In this document: positions 9,875 through 19,649 of the stretch, one piece after another
How the letters are laid out: every line of letters starts with the position of its first letter
How positions within the stretch are numbered: position 1 is the stretch's first letter
Source of the DNA: Reinekea sp.
GTDB taxonomy: Bacteria > Pseudomonadota > Gammaproteobacteria > Pseudomonadales > Natronospirillaceae
NCBI RefSeq assembly: GCF_046710285.1
Contig: NZ_JBKEGY010000018.1
Span: forward strand, 1,904 to 65,903
Direction of reading: 5' to 3'
DNA length: 64,000 nt
Program-made: the position numbers and the translations under genes
The notes under the pieces: generated by a model
Databases searched by the model: none
What the model was told of the DNA's origin: nothing
Seen by the model: the letters and a program-made list of their open reading frames with translations, nothing else

Positions 9875-11767
9875 TTACTGCTTTTTTTGTTTAAGCAGCT
9901 CGCGGTATCGCTGCTTTTCTTCATCCGTTAGGGATGGATCTGACGCGATAACGCGTTTTTTTAAACTGTCATATTCATCATCAGGGGCCTTATTGGTGAG
10001 GGCATTGATGATTTTTTCAAGCTCTTGGCGTGCAAAAACCACTTCATCGGCGTGGTTTTCATTGGACGCTTCCAACCAAAGATAGTCAGAAGAAGCAATT
10101 GGCGCCAATATTTCACGTAAACCATGCTGACATAAATAGTCGAAGGCAAAATAGACATCGTGTTTTGGCGCCTGCTGTAATAATTCGATTACCTGCGCTA
10201 ACAAGGCTCCACCATCTCGCTCAGGGAGCTTGCTTACCTGCTTCATGTTAACTTCCACAGCGAGTTGTGGAAAACGAATCAGCCAAGCCAAAGCACGATG
10301 CACAAAGCCAATTCTGACCGTAAGCGCCGTTTTACGCGTTACACCAGGGTTGGGTCGATGTTGGTAGTTATTTGCAGGGATGTCATAACGGTCGTTGGGG
10401 TCATTATAACCGTAATCGCCATAAGGTTCTGGGGCATAGTTCTCAGGTTCAGCTATGACGGGGGCTTCTGGTTCAAAGGATTGCTGAATTTGCTCAAGTT
10501 CGAGCCCAACGATAGTCGAAAGCTGTTTGAGTAATAACTGCTTTAAAATGCCGTCAGGAGCGGTATTTATCCAGCCTTTGGCAATACTAACCAGTTTTGC
10601 TTTGCCGTCTAGGCGAGAAATATCCGCTTGGCTCTGTAAATGCTGAAATAAGAAGTCGGGCAGGGTGAGTGATCGCTTCACGCGGCGCATAAAACCTTCA
10701 AAGCCTTCCTCGCGCACAATGGTATCTGGGTCTTCACCATCGGGTAGAAATAAGAATCTAGCTTGTTGGCCGTCAGCCAGCTCGGGCAGGGTATTCGCGA
10801 GCGCCCGTTCAGCAGCTCTTTTGCCCGCAGCATCACCATCAAAGCAAAAAACGATTTCAGGCGTGAGCTTAAAAAGCCGTTTTACATGGTCGCTGCTGGT
10901 GGCTGTGCCTAGTGTGGCAACGCAGTTACGAACACCGTGTTGGGCTAGGGCGACGACATCCATATAGCCTTCAACAATGATGATGTTTTCGAAGTCTTTG
11001 AGTGCTTTGCGGGCTTCGTACAGGCCATACAATTCTTGGCCTTTATGGAATATCGGTGTTTCAGGGCTGTTTAAATATTTAGGCTTTTCATCCGGTGACA
11101 TAACACGGCCACCAAATGCGATGGTACGGCCACGTATATCTCGAATTGGGAACATAAGCCGGTTACGAAAACGATCGTAGATTCGGCCTTTTTCGTTTTG
11201 CGTGAGCATGCCCGCGGTTAGCAGCATTTGTGTGGAGTCATCGCTGCGGAAATGATTGATCAAATTGCTCCAGCCTTCTGGGGCAAAGCCAATTTGATAG
11301 GTCTGGATGATCTCTTCGCTTAAACCTCTGCTAAGCGCATATTGCTGCACGGGCAGAGCATCTTGGTGGTTATAAAGCTGATGCACAAAATAATCAGAGC
11401 AGCTGCCCATTAAGTCATGCAGGGTTTTGCGTTGTTTCTGTTTTTGCTTGGCCCGCTCACTCACTTCTTCACGAGGTACTTCGACGCCGACTTGACGTGC
11501 GAGCTCTTCAACGGCTTCAACAAAACCTAGGTTTTCATATTCTTGAAGAAATTTAAGCGAGGTGCCAGATGCGCCGCAACCAAAGCAGTAATAGAAACCT
11601 TTTGCTTGGTTTACTGAGAATGAGGGGGAGTTTTCGTTATGGAAAGGGCAGCAGGCCCAGTGGTCTTTGCCTTTTTTCTTTAGGTCAATTCGGTTTCCAA
11701 TAATTTCAATTATATCGGAGCGTTCTTGTAGCTCTTCAATGAAGTCATTGGGAATCAAACCAGCCAT
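9875..11767 (-). CDS. dnaG: DNA primase
   Basis: Zinc-binding motif CPFHNENSPSFSVNQAKGFYYCFGCGASG and TOPRIM block IIVEGYMDVVAL, in the operon position rpsU-yqeY-dnaG-rpoD. Confidence 0.97.
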   Translation of the reverse strand: MAGLIPNDFIEELQERSDIIEIIGNRIDLKKKGKDHWACCPFHNENSPSFSVNQAKGFYYCFGCGASGTSLKFLQEYENLGFVEAVEELARQVGVEVPREEVSERAKQKQKQRKTLHDLMGSCSDYFVHQLYNHQDALPVQQYALSRGLSEEIIQTYQIGFAPEGWSNLINHFRSDDSTQMLLTAGMLTQNEKGRIYDRFRNRLMFPIRDIRGRTIAFGGRVMSPDEKPKYLNSPETPIFHKGQELYGLYEARKALKDFENIIIVEGYMDVVALAQHGVRNCVATLGTATSSDHVKRLFKLTPEIVFCFDGDAAGKRAAERALANTLPELADGQQARFLFLPDGEDPDTIVREEGFEGFMRRVKRSLTLPDFLFQHLQSQADISRLDGKAKLVSIAKGWINTAPDGILKQLLLKQLSTIVGLELEQIQQSFEPEAPVIAEPENYAPEPYGDYGYNDPNDRYDIPANNYQHRPNPGVTRKTALTVRIGFVHRALAWLIRFPQLAVEVNMKQVSKLPERDGGALLAQVIELLQQAPKHDVYFAFDYLCQHGLREILAPIASSDYLWLEASNENHADEVVFARQELEKIINALTNKAPDDEYDSLKKRVIASDPSLTDEEKQRYRELLKQKKQ

Positions 11768-11834
11768 GGCATTTCTCGATTGAAAAAGGTGACTATTGCG
11801 TTAATTTACGCGGCTTTGGTGGTTGCGAAAGCGT

Positions 11835-12281
11835 TTAAGCTAATGCTTGCTTTATTAGTTTGCTGACTTCGCCTATATCAGCTCGACCTTGGGCTTTCGG
11901 TTTAATATAGCCCATTACTTTGCCCATATCTGCCATAGAGGCTGCGCCTGTTGCGCTTATGGCTTCTTGTATTAGGGCAGAAATTTCTTCTGCTGTCATC
12001 GCCGCCGGGAGAAAACTAGTTATCACCTCCTGTTCATTTTGTTCGATCGCGGCAAGATCATCGCGGCCCGCAGCGTCATATTGCGCTTTGGAGTCCCGTC
12101 GTTGTTTGTTCATTTTGTCGAGTACGGCAAGCACTCGGTTATCATCTAGTTCTATGCGTTCGTCAACTTCTATGCGTTTGAGCTCGGCTAAAATTAAGCG
12201 GATCGTACCTAAACGAGGCTTATCTTTAGCGCGCATGGCGTCTTTCATTGCTGCTGTTAGACGTTGCTTGAGCTCAGACAT
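11835..12281 (-). CDS. GatB/YqeY domain protein
   Basis: 148 aa starting MSELKQRLTAAMKDAMRAKDK.RLGTIRLILAELK, typical of the YqeY family. It sits between rpsU and dnaG. Confidence 0.9.
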   Translation of the reverse strand: MSELKQRLTAAMKDAMRAKDKPRLGTIRLILAELKRIEVDERIELDDNRVLAVLDKMNKQRRDSKAQYDAAGRDDLAAIEQNEQEVITSFLPAAMTAEEISALIQEAISATGAASMADMGKVMGYIKPKAQGRADIGEVSKLIKQALA

Positions 12282-12306
12282 AGATTGTTAACCCACGAAC
12301 AAAGAA

Positions 12307-12522
12307 TTAGTACTGACGAACTAAACGCTTGTTTTCGCGCTGTAGTTTCTTCAGGTGACGCTTAACAGCAGATGCTTTAGCGCGCTGACGAACCCAAGTT
12401 GGCTTCTCGTAGTGCTCACGACGACGTACTTCAGAAAGTACACCTGCTTTTTCGCAAGAACGCTTGAAACGACGTAGTGCTACGTCAAATGGCTCGTTAT
12501 CTTTAACTTTAACGTGTGGCAT
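12307..12522 (-). CDS. rpsU: 30S ribosomal protein S21
   Basis: [42 protein letters not shown]..., 71 aa. Confidence 0.97.
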   Translation of the reverse strand: MPHVKVKDNEPFDVALRRFKRSCEKAGVLSEVRRREHYEKPTWVRQRAKASAVKRHLKKLQRENKRLVRQY

Positions 12523-12708
12523 TCAATATTTCCTAAGTGAACCAAAATTTGTGGGTATACTTAAAAACCGTGGTTCAACCGATTTTCAAGGCGCGTAATT
12601 GTACTTATCACAGTCCAGAGAGGCAAGGCTTTTGTACTTGTAGAACCGAAAACCATATTTAATCTTAATTGAAAGCTTGGAGATAGCAGCTTTATCCTAC
12701 TGTGGCAC

Positions 12709-12814
12709 GATGCTGGCTTCTGGCTTCCGGTGTAAATTTAAGCCGTTCATAACAACTCGCTGCGCTCAAACAGTCATTCACTTTTAAATTTACCCCCTCA
12801 CCCACGCCAGCATC
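12709..12814. repeat. ~105-bp long-stem inverted-repeat element upstream of rpsU
   Basis: The outer arms GATGCTGGC (12709-12717) and GCCAGCATC (12806-12814) are complementary, as are the inner AT-rich arms GGTGTAAATTTA (12729-12740) and TAAATTTACC (12785-12794). The architecture and the AAGCCGTTC junction resemble the element at 53408-53503. Confidence 0.6.
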
Positions 12815-12869
12815 TGAACGGAAGGGATGGTTATTGGTTGCGGGGTGCGAGTAAGGTCAAAACCGCTGA

Positions 12870-12902
12870 AGCTGTCAGTTTATAGCTTTCAGCTGCCAGC
12901 TG
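12870..12902. repeat. Inverted copies of words from the 19.65-20.2 kb repeat units; possible fadE terminator
   Basis: The reverse complement of 12870-12887 is AGCTATAAACTGACAGCT, 17/18 identical to 19800-19817 (16/18 to 20184-20201). The reverse complement of 12891-12902 is CAGCTGGCAGCT, an exact 12-mer of every repeat unit. On the minus strand GCTGAAAGC...GCTTCAGC followed by GGTTTTG could terminate fadE. Confidence 0.7.
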
Positions 12903-12914
12903 CCTTTCAAAAAC

Positions 12915-15416
12915 CTACCGCTCTTTCGGCCGCTCCACTACTTTTCGTTTACCTGCTGCACCGTTTGCTAATTCTTTTAAACCGTCTGCGTCGAAGGCGT
13001 CGACTCTAAGCACATCATAAAGTGCTGTTAGTGCTTCTAGCAGTTTTTCAGATTCATCTTTGGTGATGATCTTCTCTTTGTAAGCCCAATCGACTAACTC
13101 TTTGCGTTCATGTCCCATGAGTAGCGTGATTTCGTCAATGTCATCTGCGTCTCGTTTGCGCAGTGCTTTGTGAAGAAGTTCGCGCAGGTCTTTTGTTTCA
13201 TTTGCCAGTTGATAGGCGTTTAACACTCGGCCTAATGAATCGTCTGCTTTCGAATTGACATAGCAGCCTTGGGTTATTCGGTCGCGAACAGGTGAGTCTT
13301 TTACGATGCTCATGGCAACCTGAGTCCCTAGTTTATCATTTGGGCCATTTAAGCCAGTTGCGCCTAATGGAAATATAAGTATTCGCAGTGGCCAACGCAG
13401 TGCAGCTATTGGGAAGTTAATAATGAGTTCACGTAGTTCTTTTTGCAGGTCACGAAGGCAGGTTTGTAGGCTCCATTCTACGATAGAACGCTGTTCTTCG
13501 GGGTAGCCTTGTTCATACCAAAATTTAATGACTGCCGAGGCGTAATAAAGTTGTGTTAAACAATCGGCCATGCGTCCGGATAGGCGTTGGCGTGCTTTAA
13601 GTTCACCGCCTAGCGACAATAATGATACGTCGGTCATGAGCGCAAACGCAGCAGAAAAACGCCCGAGTTGACGATAGTATTGCTTGATGTCGCCTTCTTT
13701 CGGAGTTGGTTCTAGCCAGCCTTTGGATGCGCCTAATAGCAGAGCCCTTAAGGCGTTGCGGGTGGTGTGGGCTATATGCTTATAAAACAGTCCATCAAAC
13801 TTTTTAATCGCTTGTTTTGGGTCTTCTAAACCTGCGGCGGCAATTTCATCTGCGATATAGGGGTGGCAGCGAATGGCGCCTTGGCCGAAGATCATTAGGC
13901 TGCGGGTCAGTATATTTGCGCCTTCAACGGTAATGGCAATGGGCACGGCTTGATAGGCGCGTGCTAAAAAGTTACGCGGTCCAGTAATAACCCCTCGGCC
14001 GGCAACGACATCCATCGCGTGATTTATAACGGTACGCATAAGATCGGTATTGCGATATTTAAGGACAGCGGATAACACCGACGGTCGAACGCCTCGATCG
14101 AGCATGCCTGAGGTTAAAACGCGCGCAGCGTCCATCATGTAGGTGTAACCTGCCATCGGTTCTAAGGCTTCTTGAACGCCTTCGAATTGGCTGATGGAAC
14201 GGCCGAATTGCTCTCTGGTGAGTGCGTAAGAGCCGGTTGCTAAACAAGCATATTTACCGGCGCCGGCCCCCAATGCGGGTAATGAGATAGAGCGGCCAAT
14301 AGACAGGCACTCTAATAGCATTGTCCAGCCTTTGCCGAGCATATCTTGACCGCCTATGACTTGTTCCATGGGAATAAAGACTTCTGTTCCCCAGGTTGGA
14401 CCATTCATAAAGACGGTATTCATCGGTAGGTGGCGCGGGCCACGGTTAACGCCTTCTGTTTCGGCTGGTATTAACACGCAAGTCACACCTATGTCTGCGT
14501 CATCGCCTATCAGTTTATCTGGGTCATAGACTTTTATTGCCAAGCCTATCAAAGTAGCGACCGGTGCTAGCGTGATGTAGCGCTTGTTCCAGGTAACCTT
14601 TAAACCAATCGTTTCTTTGCCTTGCCACTGGCCATGACAAACAATGCCTTTATCAGGAATGGCGCCAGCATCGGAGCCTGCAACGGGAGACGTCAGTGCA
14701 AAGCAGGGTGTTTCTTCACCATTTGCGAGTCTCGGTAAATAATAATCTTTTTGCTGCTCGGTACCGTATTCCATTAACAGTTCACCCGGGCCGAGTGAGT
14801 TTGGCACCATGACCGTGACGGCTGCTGAGACGCTGCGGGTTGATAACTTCATGACTATTTCTGAGTGGGCGGTATGAGAAAACCCTTTGCCGCCTTTTTC
14901 AGCGGGTATCATTAGCCCAAAAAAGCCATTCTCTTTAATAAATGCCCAAACGTTTTCCGGAAGGTCGTAATCTTCGTGGGTCATTTTCCAGTCATCTAGC
15001 ATGGCGCACAATTGCTCTACAGGACCATCGATAAAAGCTTGCTCATTGTCGGTTAATTTTGCTGGTGCTGTTTTGAGTAGAGTGTTCCAGTTTGGTCGGC
15101 CAGAAAACAACTCACCATCCCAGTCGACGCTGCCCGATTTGAGTGCCTCAGATTCTGTATCTGATAGCTTGGGTAGGCGTCCTCTTACCCAAGCCAGAAG
15201 GGGCGTACTGACTTTGCTTTGACGCAGTGGGTTTGGGAACATCAACAGAAAAGAAATAGCTAAGAGTGCACTGCCAAACAGAACACTCAAAATAGAACCA
15301 TTATCCAAATACATGCCGAATAGAGTCAAAGCGACTAAGGAAAGTGCTGAGATTATAGCGGTGGTGTTGATATAAAATAGAGCCAGCGCGGCAATTAAAA
15401 ATAGAAGAACACTCAT
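12915..15416 (-). CDS. fadE: Large acyl-CoA dehydrogenase FadE
   Basis: 833 aa with N-terminal transmembrane segments followed by acyl-CoA dehydrogenase domains (ALTSPVAGSDAGAI, TVEGANILTRSLMIFGQG). Size and layout match E. coli-type FadE. Confidence 0.92.
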   Translation of the reverse strand: MSVLLFLIAALALFYINTTAIISALSLVALTLFGMYLDNGSILSVLFGSALLAISFLLMFPNPLRQSKVSTPLLAWVRGRLPKLSDTESEALKSGSVDWDGELFSGRPNWNTLLKTAPAKLTDNEQAFIDGPVEQLCAMLDDWKMTHEDYDLPENVWAFIKENGFFGLMIPAEKGGKGFSHTAHSEIVMKLSTRSVSAAVTVMVPNSLGPGELLMEYGTEQQKDYYLPRLANGEETPCFALTSPVAGSDAGAIPDKGIVCHGQWQGKETIGLKVTWNKRYITLAPVATLIGLAIKVYDPDKLIGDDADIGVTCVLIPAETEGVNRGPRHLPMNTVFMNGPTWGTEVFIPMEQVIGGQDMLGKGWTMLLECLSIGRSISLPALGAGAGKYACLATGSYALTREQFGRSISQFEGVQEALEPMAGYTYMMDAARVLTSGMLDRGVRPSVLSAVLKYRNTDLMRTVINHAMDVVAGRGVITGPRNFLARAYQAVPIAITVEGANILTRSLMIFGQGAIRCHPYIADEIAAAGLEDPKQAIKKFDGLFYKHIAHTTRNALRALLLGASKGWLEPTPKEGDIKQYYRQLGRFSAAFALMTDVSLLSLGGELKARQRLSGRMADCLTQLYYASAVIKFWYEQGYPEEQRSIVEWSLQTCLRDLQKELRELIINFPIAALRWPLRILIFPLGATGLNGPNDKLGTQVAMSIVKDSPVRDRITQGCYVNSKADDSLGRVLNAYQLANETKDLRELLHKALRKRDADDIDEITLLMGHERKELVDWAYKEKIITKDESEKLLEALTALYDVLRVDAFDADGLKELANGAAGKRKVVERPKER

Positions 15417-15759
15417 GATAATTATTCCTTATTGCGTAAAAAATAATACCTATTTAAACAAAAATAGAACTGAGCATACGGCTTAACTACCCGTTTCTAC
15501 TATCCACCTTCAAGCAAGAGAGTGCAAGTCTGCCAAGCCCACAAAAACTGTTTTCCAACCCATGTTCGATTAATTCAATAAGTTAGAGGATTCAATAAGT
15601 TTTATTGGATTTAAATCATGTATCTGGTCTTTTTTGGCACATGAGGATGATCCTTCAAAAGTATTATATCTGGTTAAAAAATAACCACCTAGTCTGGCGG
15701 GTGTCGATTGAGATGTGCGACCTGACAAAAACAACAACAAAGGTAAATCACATGGTTAA

Positions 15760-16785
15760 ATCTATAGTACGGTTGTTCAACCCGCAGGTTACAACATTCG
15801 AGACTCCCATTTAAGAGCCTTTGGGGAAGTCGCTTTCAATACTCCTGCGGAAACTCTAGCAACAACGCAATCGTGCTCGCCTGTTAATCAAAACAGTTAC
15901 AACTGCCAACATAAATTTTATACCCAAGACGGCAATTCACAATCTCGGTCCATAGTAGAAACTGTTTTTTATACCGGACCTTTAGCCACACAAAACCCAT
16001 CTGACACAAATCACGGTCACTATTGGATTGGTGGCGCGAATGGCAATGAAAGTAAATGGGCAGTTAAAAAAGGACCCTCTTACCCTGACATTATCTGGGA
16101 CTTTTTCAATCGTCATGCTAAAAATGGAGCGCTGCCTTACAATAAACCAGAGATAAGTGTACTTGGGGCTAACCCTATGTCCGTGGATCTTAATAATAAT
16201 TTTGGTGATCCAGGCGCAACCGCAGTCGATGTTGAAGATGGAAGCGTATCCGTTCAGTCGAACTGTAACGTGAATACTTCAACCGTTGGGGCCTAACAGT
16301 GCGAATATTATGCAGTAGATAGCGATGGTTATAGCGATACCAAGTATAGGGTAGTTAATGTAATCGACCCTAATGCGCCAATTGAAAGCTGTGTCGTTGT
16401 GTCTGATAGTCCGAGTGGGCACATTAGTAATAATCGAGCAGTGGCCGGTGGCGCATACAATTTGCGTGCGATAAGTACAGGCGACACATTAGATATTGGC
16501 TATGCCTATGATAGTTGGGGTTCGGTTTTATTAACGGAAGGGGAAGCAGGTGCCTGGTTTTCAAATGCACCAAGCAATTGTGAAGGTACCGTCCCGCCGC
16601 CAGTAGGCAGTTGCGAAGATTGGTATGCGAGCAACCTCAGTCATAATTCAGCCGGTCGAGCCTATTACTCCATGGGTTATTATGCCGTTGGTTCTAATGA
16701 TACGCTCGGAGCAATTTCCGGCAGCTATAAATGGGTCAGAGAAACCGCGAGTGGTTATTATGAAGTAGGCCAATGTCCTAACTAG
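15760..16785 (+). pseudogene. Remnant of a secreted PHB-depolymerase-family esterase (5'-truncated, in-frame TAA)
   Basis: Frame 1 is open from 15760 but has no start codon and no catalytic Ser box. It reads ...TNHGHYWIGGANGNESKW..PDIIWDFFNRHAKNG (esterase C-terminal end), then a DUF5011/Ig-like segment PEISVLGANPMSVDLNNNFGDPGATAVDVEDG...TVGA*QCEYYAVDSDG interrupted by TAA at 16294-16296 where these domains normally carry Tyr. Two C-terminal ...AGRAYY..GYYAVGSND...YYEVGQCPN-type modules follow. Confidence 0.7.
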
Positions 16786-16818
16786 TCTGACAATTGTTTG
16801 AATTCATTATTTTCATAT

Positions 16819-16843
16819 CGCCTCTATTCCATAGAGGCGTTTT
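16819..16843 (+). terminator. Rho-independent terminator after the esterase remnant
   Basis: CGCCTCTAT-tcc-ATAGAGGCG followed by TTTT. Confidence 0.7.
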
Positions 16844-17035
16844 GAGTAGGTTATCTTTCCTTTTCGGTTTTATTCTGATCGTTAATAGCGCAATCGGCTA
16901 TATAGCAGCACCTCCTTAGGTTAATTTGATCTTTATTACCCTAGAATGAAAAAACTATACTAAAGTACGAACAGTGTTTTCTATATTTCAGGAGTGGCGA
17001 TAGGTAATGTTAGAGCGTGGCATAGGCCCAGCTAG

Positions 17036-19642
17036 ATGAATGAGTTTGAAAACAATCCCGATGACATTGGGATGTATCTCAGTACGATGTTTAATAATGC
17101 TCAAGACTTTATATTTGTTAAAGACGCTGACTGCAGATTGGTTCTGGTCAATGAAGCCTATTGTCGTTTGTTTGGCGTGGCCAAGAGCGAGGTGATCGGC
17201 AAAAAACTAGCATGGGATTTAACCCCCGTCGAAATAGAACGGTTTTTAACCACCGACAGGCAAGTACTCGCCGATGGTCAAGAAGTTGTTTTCGAAGAGA
17301 CGGTGACGTTTTCTGGATCTCAAACAAAGACGATAGCTGTGCGAAAAAATAGATATCTTGATACTCAGGGTAATTATTTTCTTGTCGGAGTCGGTCGTGA
17401 CATTACTGATCGAAAAGAAACGGAATCACGCGAAAAAGCTCGTAATGCTGTTTTGGAATTAATTGCCAGAGGTGAACGGCTTTCGGTGATTTTGGGCGCC
17501 ATAGTCAGCGCTGTTGAAAAGCAAAATCCAGGTATGTTATGCAGTATTTTATTATTAGATGACGATGGTAAACATCTATTAGGCGGAACTGCAGCAAGCC
17601 TTCCTGATTTCTATAATGAAGCTATTCATGGTATCGAAATTGGCTTAGGTGTCGGTTCATGTGGTACGGCGGCATTTCTCAATGAGCGAGTTATTGTTAA
17701 AGATATTCAAACTCACCCTTACTGGGAGCGTTATAAGGAACTGGCAAATAAAGCAGAGCTAGGTGCCTGTTGGTCAGAGCCGATTCGTTCCACCAAAGGA
17801 GATGTGCTGGGTACTTTTGCCATTTACCATCACAGTCCAAATGAGCCGAAAGATGTCGATATTGCCGTAATTGAACAGACTGCTTATTTGGCGAGCATCG
17901 CTATTGAGCAAGAGCAAAGTCACTTAGCACTTAAAAGTTATGAGTCGCGTTTTCATCAATTGCTCCAGTCCATTCCTTCGGTAGCGGTACAAAGCTACGA
18001 TGAAAAGGGGATAACACGATATTGGAATAAAGCCTCTGAAAAATTATATGGCTACAGTGCCGAAGAAGCGATAGGTAAGAATTTTTTTAATCTAATTATT
18101 CCTAAGGCGTTGCACACAGACGTCCGTGAAGCAATGTTAGAGATGTTCGAAACTAAACGTGTTATTCCATCGAGTGAACTTACTTTGATGGCAAAGGATG
18201 GCTCGGACGTTAATGTCTTTTCCAGTCATGCCTTTGTACAAGTTCCAGGACAACCCCCTGAGATGTTTTGCCTCGATGTTGATTTGACCGAGCGCAAACA
18301 AGCTGAAGAAAAACTAGAACGAATCGCCCATTTTGATTTACTGACTAACTTACCCAATCGAGTATTGCTGGCCGAACGCCTTAGCTTAGCGATAGAACAG
18401 TGCAACCCTAGCGATAGGTTTGTTGCCGTTGCCTTCATGGACATAGATGGATTCAAAACCGTCAACGACTCTTACGGACATGATGTGGGTGATGAAATGC
18501 TTGTAATACTTTCAAAGCGAATGAAAGAGGCTTTGCGTGAAGGTGATACTTTAGCCCGCATCGGTGGTGATGAATTTATTGCCATTATGGTCGATATCGA
18601 AAAAGAAGAAGATTACATCCCTGTACTTGAGCGTTTACTTAAAGCAACCGAAGATCCCGTTATCTTAAATGGTGTCGTGCTGCAGGTGTCATCAAGTATT
18701 GGTGTCACACTTTACCCGCAAGATAAAGCTGATGCTGAGCAGCTTATCCGCCACGCGGACCAAGCGATGTATATTGCAAAGCAAGGAGGGAAGAACCGAT
18801 ACCACCTGTTTGATACCGTACACGACAATGCAATCATGACTCAATGGCAAAGTATTGACGAAATTCGATCTGCTTTAGATAGGCGCGAATTTGTCCTGCA
18901 TTACCAGCCTAAGGTAAATATGTTCACTGGCGAAGTAATTGGCGTTGAAGCTTTAATTCGCTGGCACCATCGCGAACAGGGTTTATTGCCCCCTTCAGAG
19001 TTCTTACCCGTTATAGAAGGGCAAAAGATTAGTCTTGAACTGGGCGAGTGGGTTATAGATACCGCTTTATCTCAAATCGGCCAATGGAAAAATATAGGTG
19101 TTCACTTGCCCATCAGTGTGAACATCAGTGCTTATCAACTACAACAAGATGATTTTACTGAGCGCCTAGAGAGTTTGTTGTCAGGGCACCCAAATGTATC
19201 GCCTTATTTTTTAGAACTAGAAGTATTGGAAACCAGTGCATTAAATGATATCAATCAAATATCGGCGACCATGAAGGAGTGCCAAGTGCTCGACGTGCGC
19301 TTTGCTTTAGATGACTTTGGTACGGGGTACTCTTCACTTACCCATTTAAGGCATCTGCCCGCGCACCTGGTTAAAATAGATCTGTCCTTTGTGCAGGGCA
19401 TGCTAGTCAATAAAGATGACCTAGCGATAGTTGAAGGTGTTATTGGTTTGGCCAAGGCGTTCCAACGCGAAGTGATTGCTGAAGGCGTAGAGACCACCGC
19501 CCATGGCGTTGCACTATTGCAATTGGGCTGTCAGTTAGCGCAAGGCTACGGTATAGCGCGACCCATGCCCGCCGATGAACTCCCGAATTGGGTCTCGACC
19601 TGGAAAGCAGACGATGCATGGCAGATAGAAGCAAACACTTGA
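17036..19642 (+). CDS. PAS-GAF-PAS-GGDEF-EAL c-di-GMP signalling protein
   Basis: An N-terminal PAS domain is followed by a GAF domain (GVGSCGTAAFLNERVIVKDI), a second PAS domain and a GGDEF domain with intact RIGGDEF and an RxxD I-site (REGD, 5 residues upstream). The EAL domain carries EALIRW and DDFGTGYSSL. Confidence 0.95.
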   Translation: MNEFENNPDDIGMYLSTMFNNAQDFIFVKDADCRLVLVNEAYCRLFGVAKSEVIGKKLAWDLTPVEIERFLTTDRQVLADGQEVVFEETVTFSGSQTKTIAVRKNRYLDTQGNYFLVGVGRDITDRKETESREKARNAVLELIARGERLSVILGAIVSAVEKQNPGMLCSILLLDDDGKHLLGGTAASLPDFYNEAIHGIEIGLGVGSCGTAAFLNERVIVKDIQTHPYWERYKELANKAELGACWSEPIRSTKGDVLGTFAIYHHSPNEPKDVDIAVIEQTAYLASIAIEQEQSHLALKSYESRFHQLLQSIPSVAVQSYDEKGITRYWNKASEKLYGYSAEEAIGKNFFNLIIPKALHTDVREAMLEMFETKRVIPSSELTLMAKDGSDVNVFSSHAFVQVPGQPPEMFCLDVDLTERKQAEEKLERIAHFDLLTNLPNRVLLAERLSLAIEQCNPSDRFVAVAFMDIDGFKTVNDSYGHDVGDEMLVILSKRMKEALREGDTLARIGGDEFIAIMVDIEKEEDYIPVLERLLKATEDPVILNGVVLQVSSSIGVTLYPQDKADAEQLIRHADQAMYIAKQGGKNRYHLFDTVHDNAIMTQWQSIDEIRSALDRREFVLHYQPKVNMFTGEVIGVEALIRWHHREQGLLPPSEFLPVIEGQKISLELGEWVIDTALSQIGQWKNIGVHLPISVNISAYQLQQDDFTERLESLLSGHPNVSPYFLELEVLETSALNDINQISATMKECQVLDVRFALDDFGTGYSSLTHLRHLPAHLVKIDLSFVQGMLVNKDDLAIVEGVIGLAKAFQREVIAEGVETTAHGVALLQLGCQLAQGYGIARPMPADELPNWVSTWKADDAWQIEANT

Positions 19643-19649
19643 TCAGAAC

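Noticed and set aside
12827-13009. A 60-aa ORF ending in an Arg-rich tail.
   Set aside because: It starts inside the repeat/terminator sequence downstream of fadE and runs antisense into the fadE 3' end. No RBS is present.
15560-15690. Possible FadR operator upstream of fadE: ATCTGGTC at ~15621 and ATCTGGTT at ~15668, plus the direct repeat TTCAATAAGTT x2 at 15573/15590.
   Set aside because: Only a CTGGTC half-site is present, and the palindromic partner (GACCAG) is missing. This is too weak to call without a position weight matrix scan.
15605-15814. A 69-aa ORF between fadE and the esterase remnant.
   Set aside because: It has a TTG start, no RBS and odd composition. It ends where the frame-1 esterase remnant is already open, so it is most likely non-coding debris upstream of the truncated gene.
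16399-16785. A 128-aa ORF that could be treated as an independent gene.
   Set aside because: It is in the same frame as, and continuous with, the upstream esterase/DUF5011 reading frame that carries the TAA at 16294. Its apparent start is an internal GTG without an RBS, so I treat it as the tail of a pseudogene.
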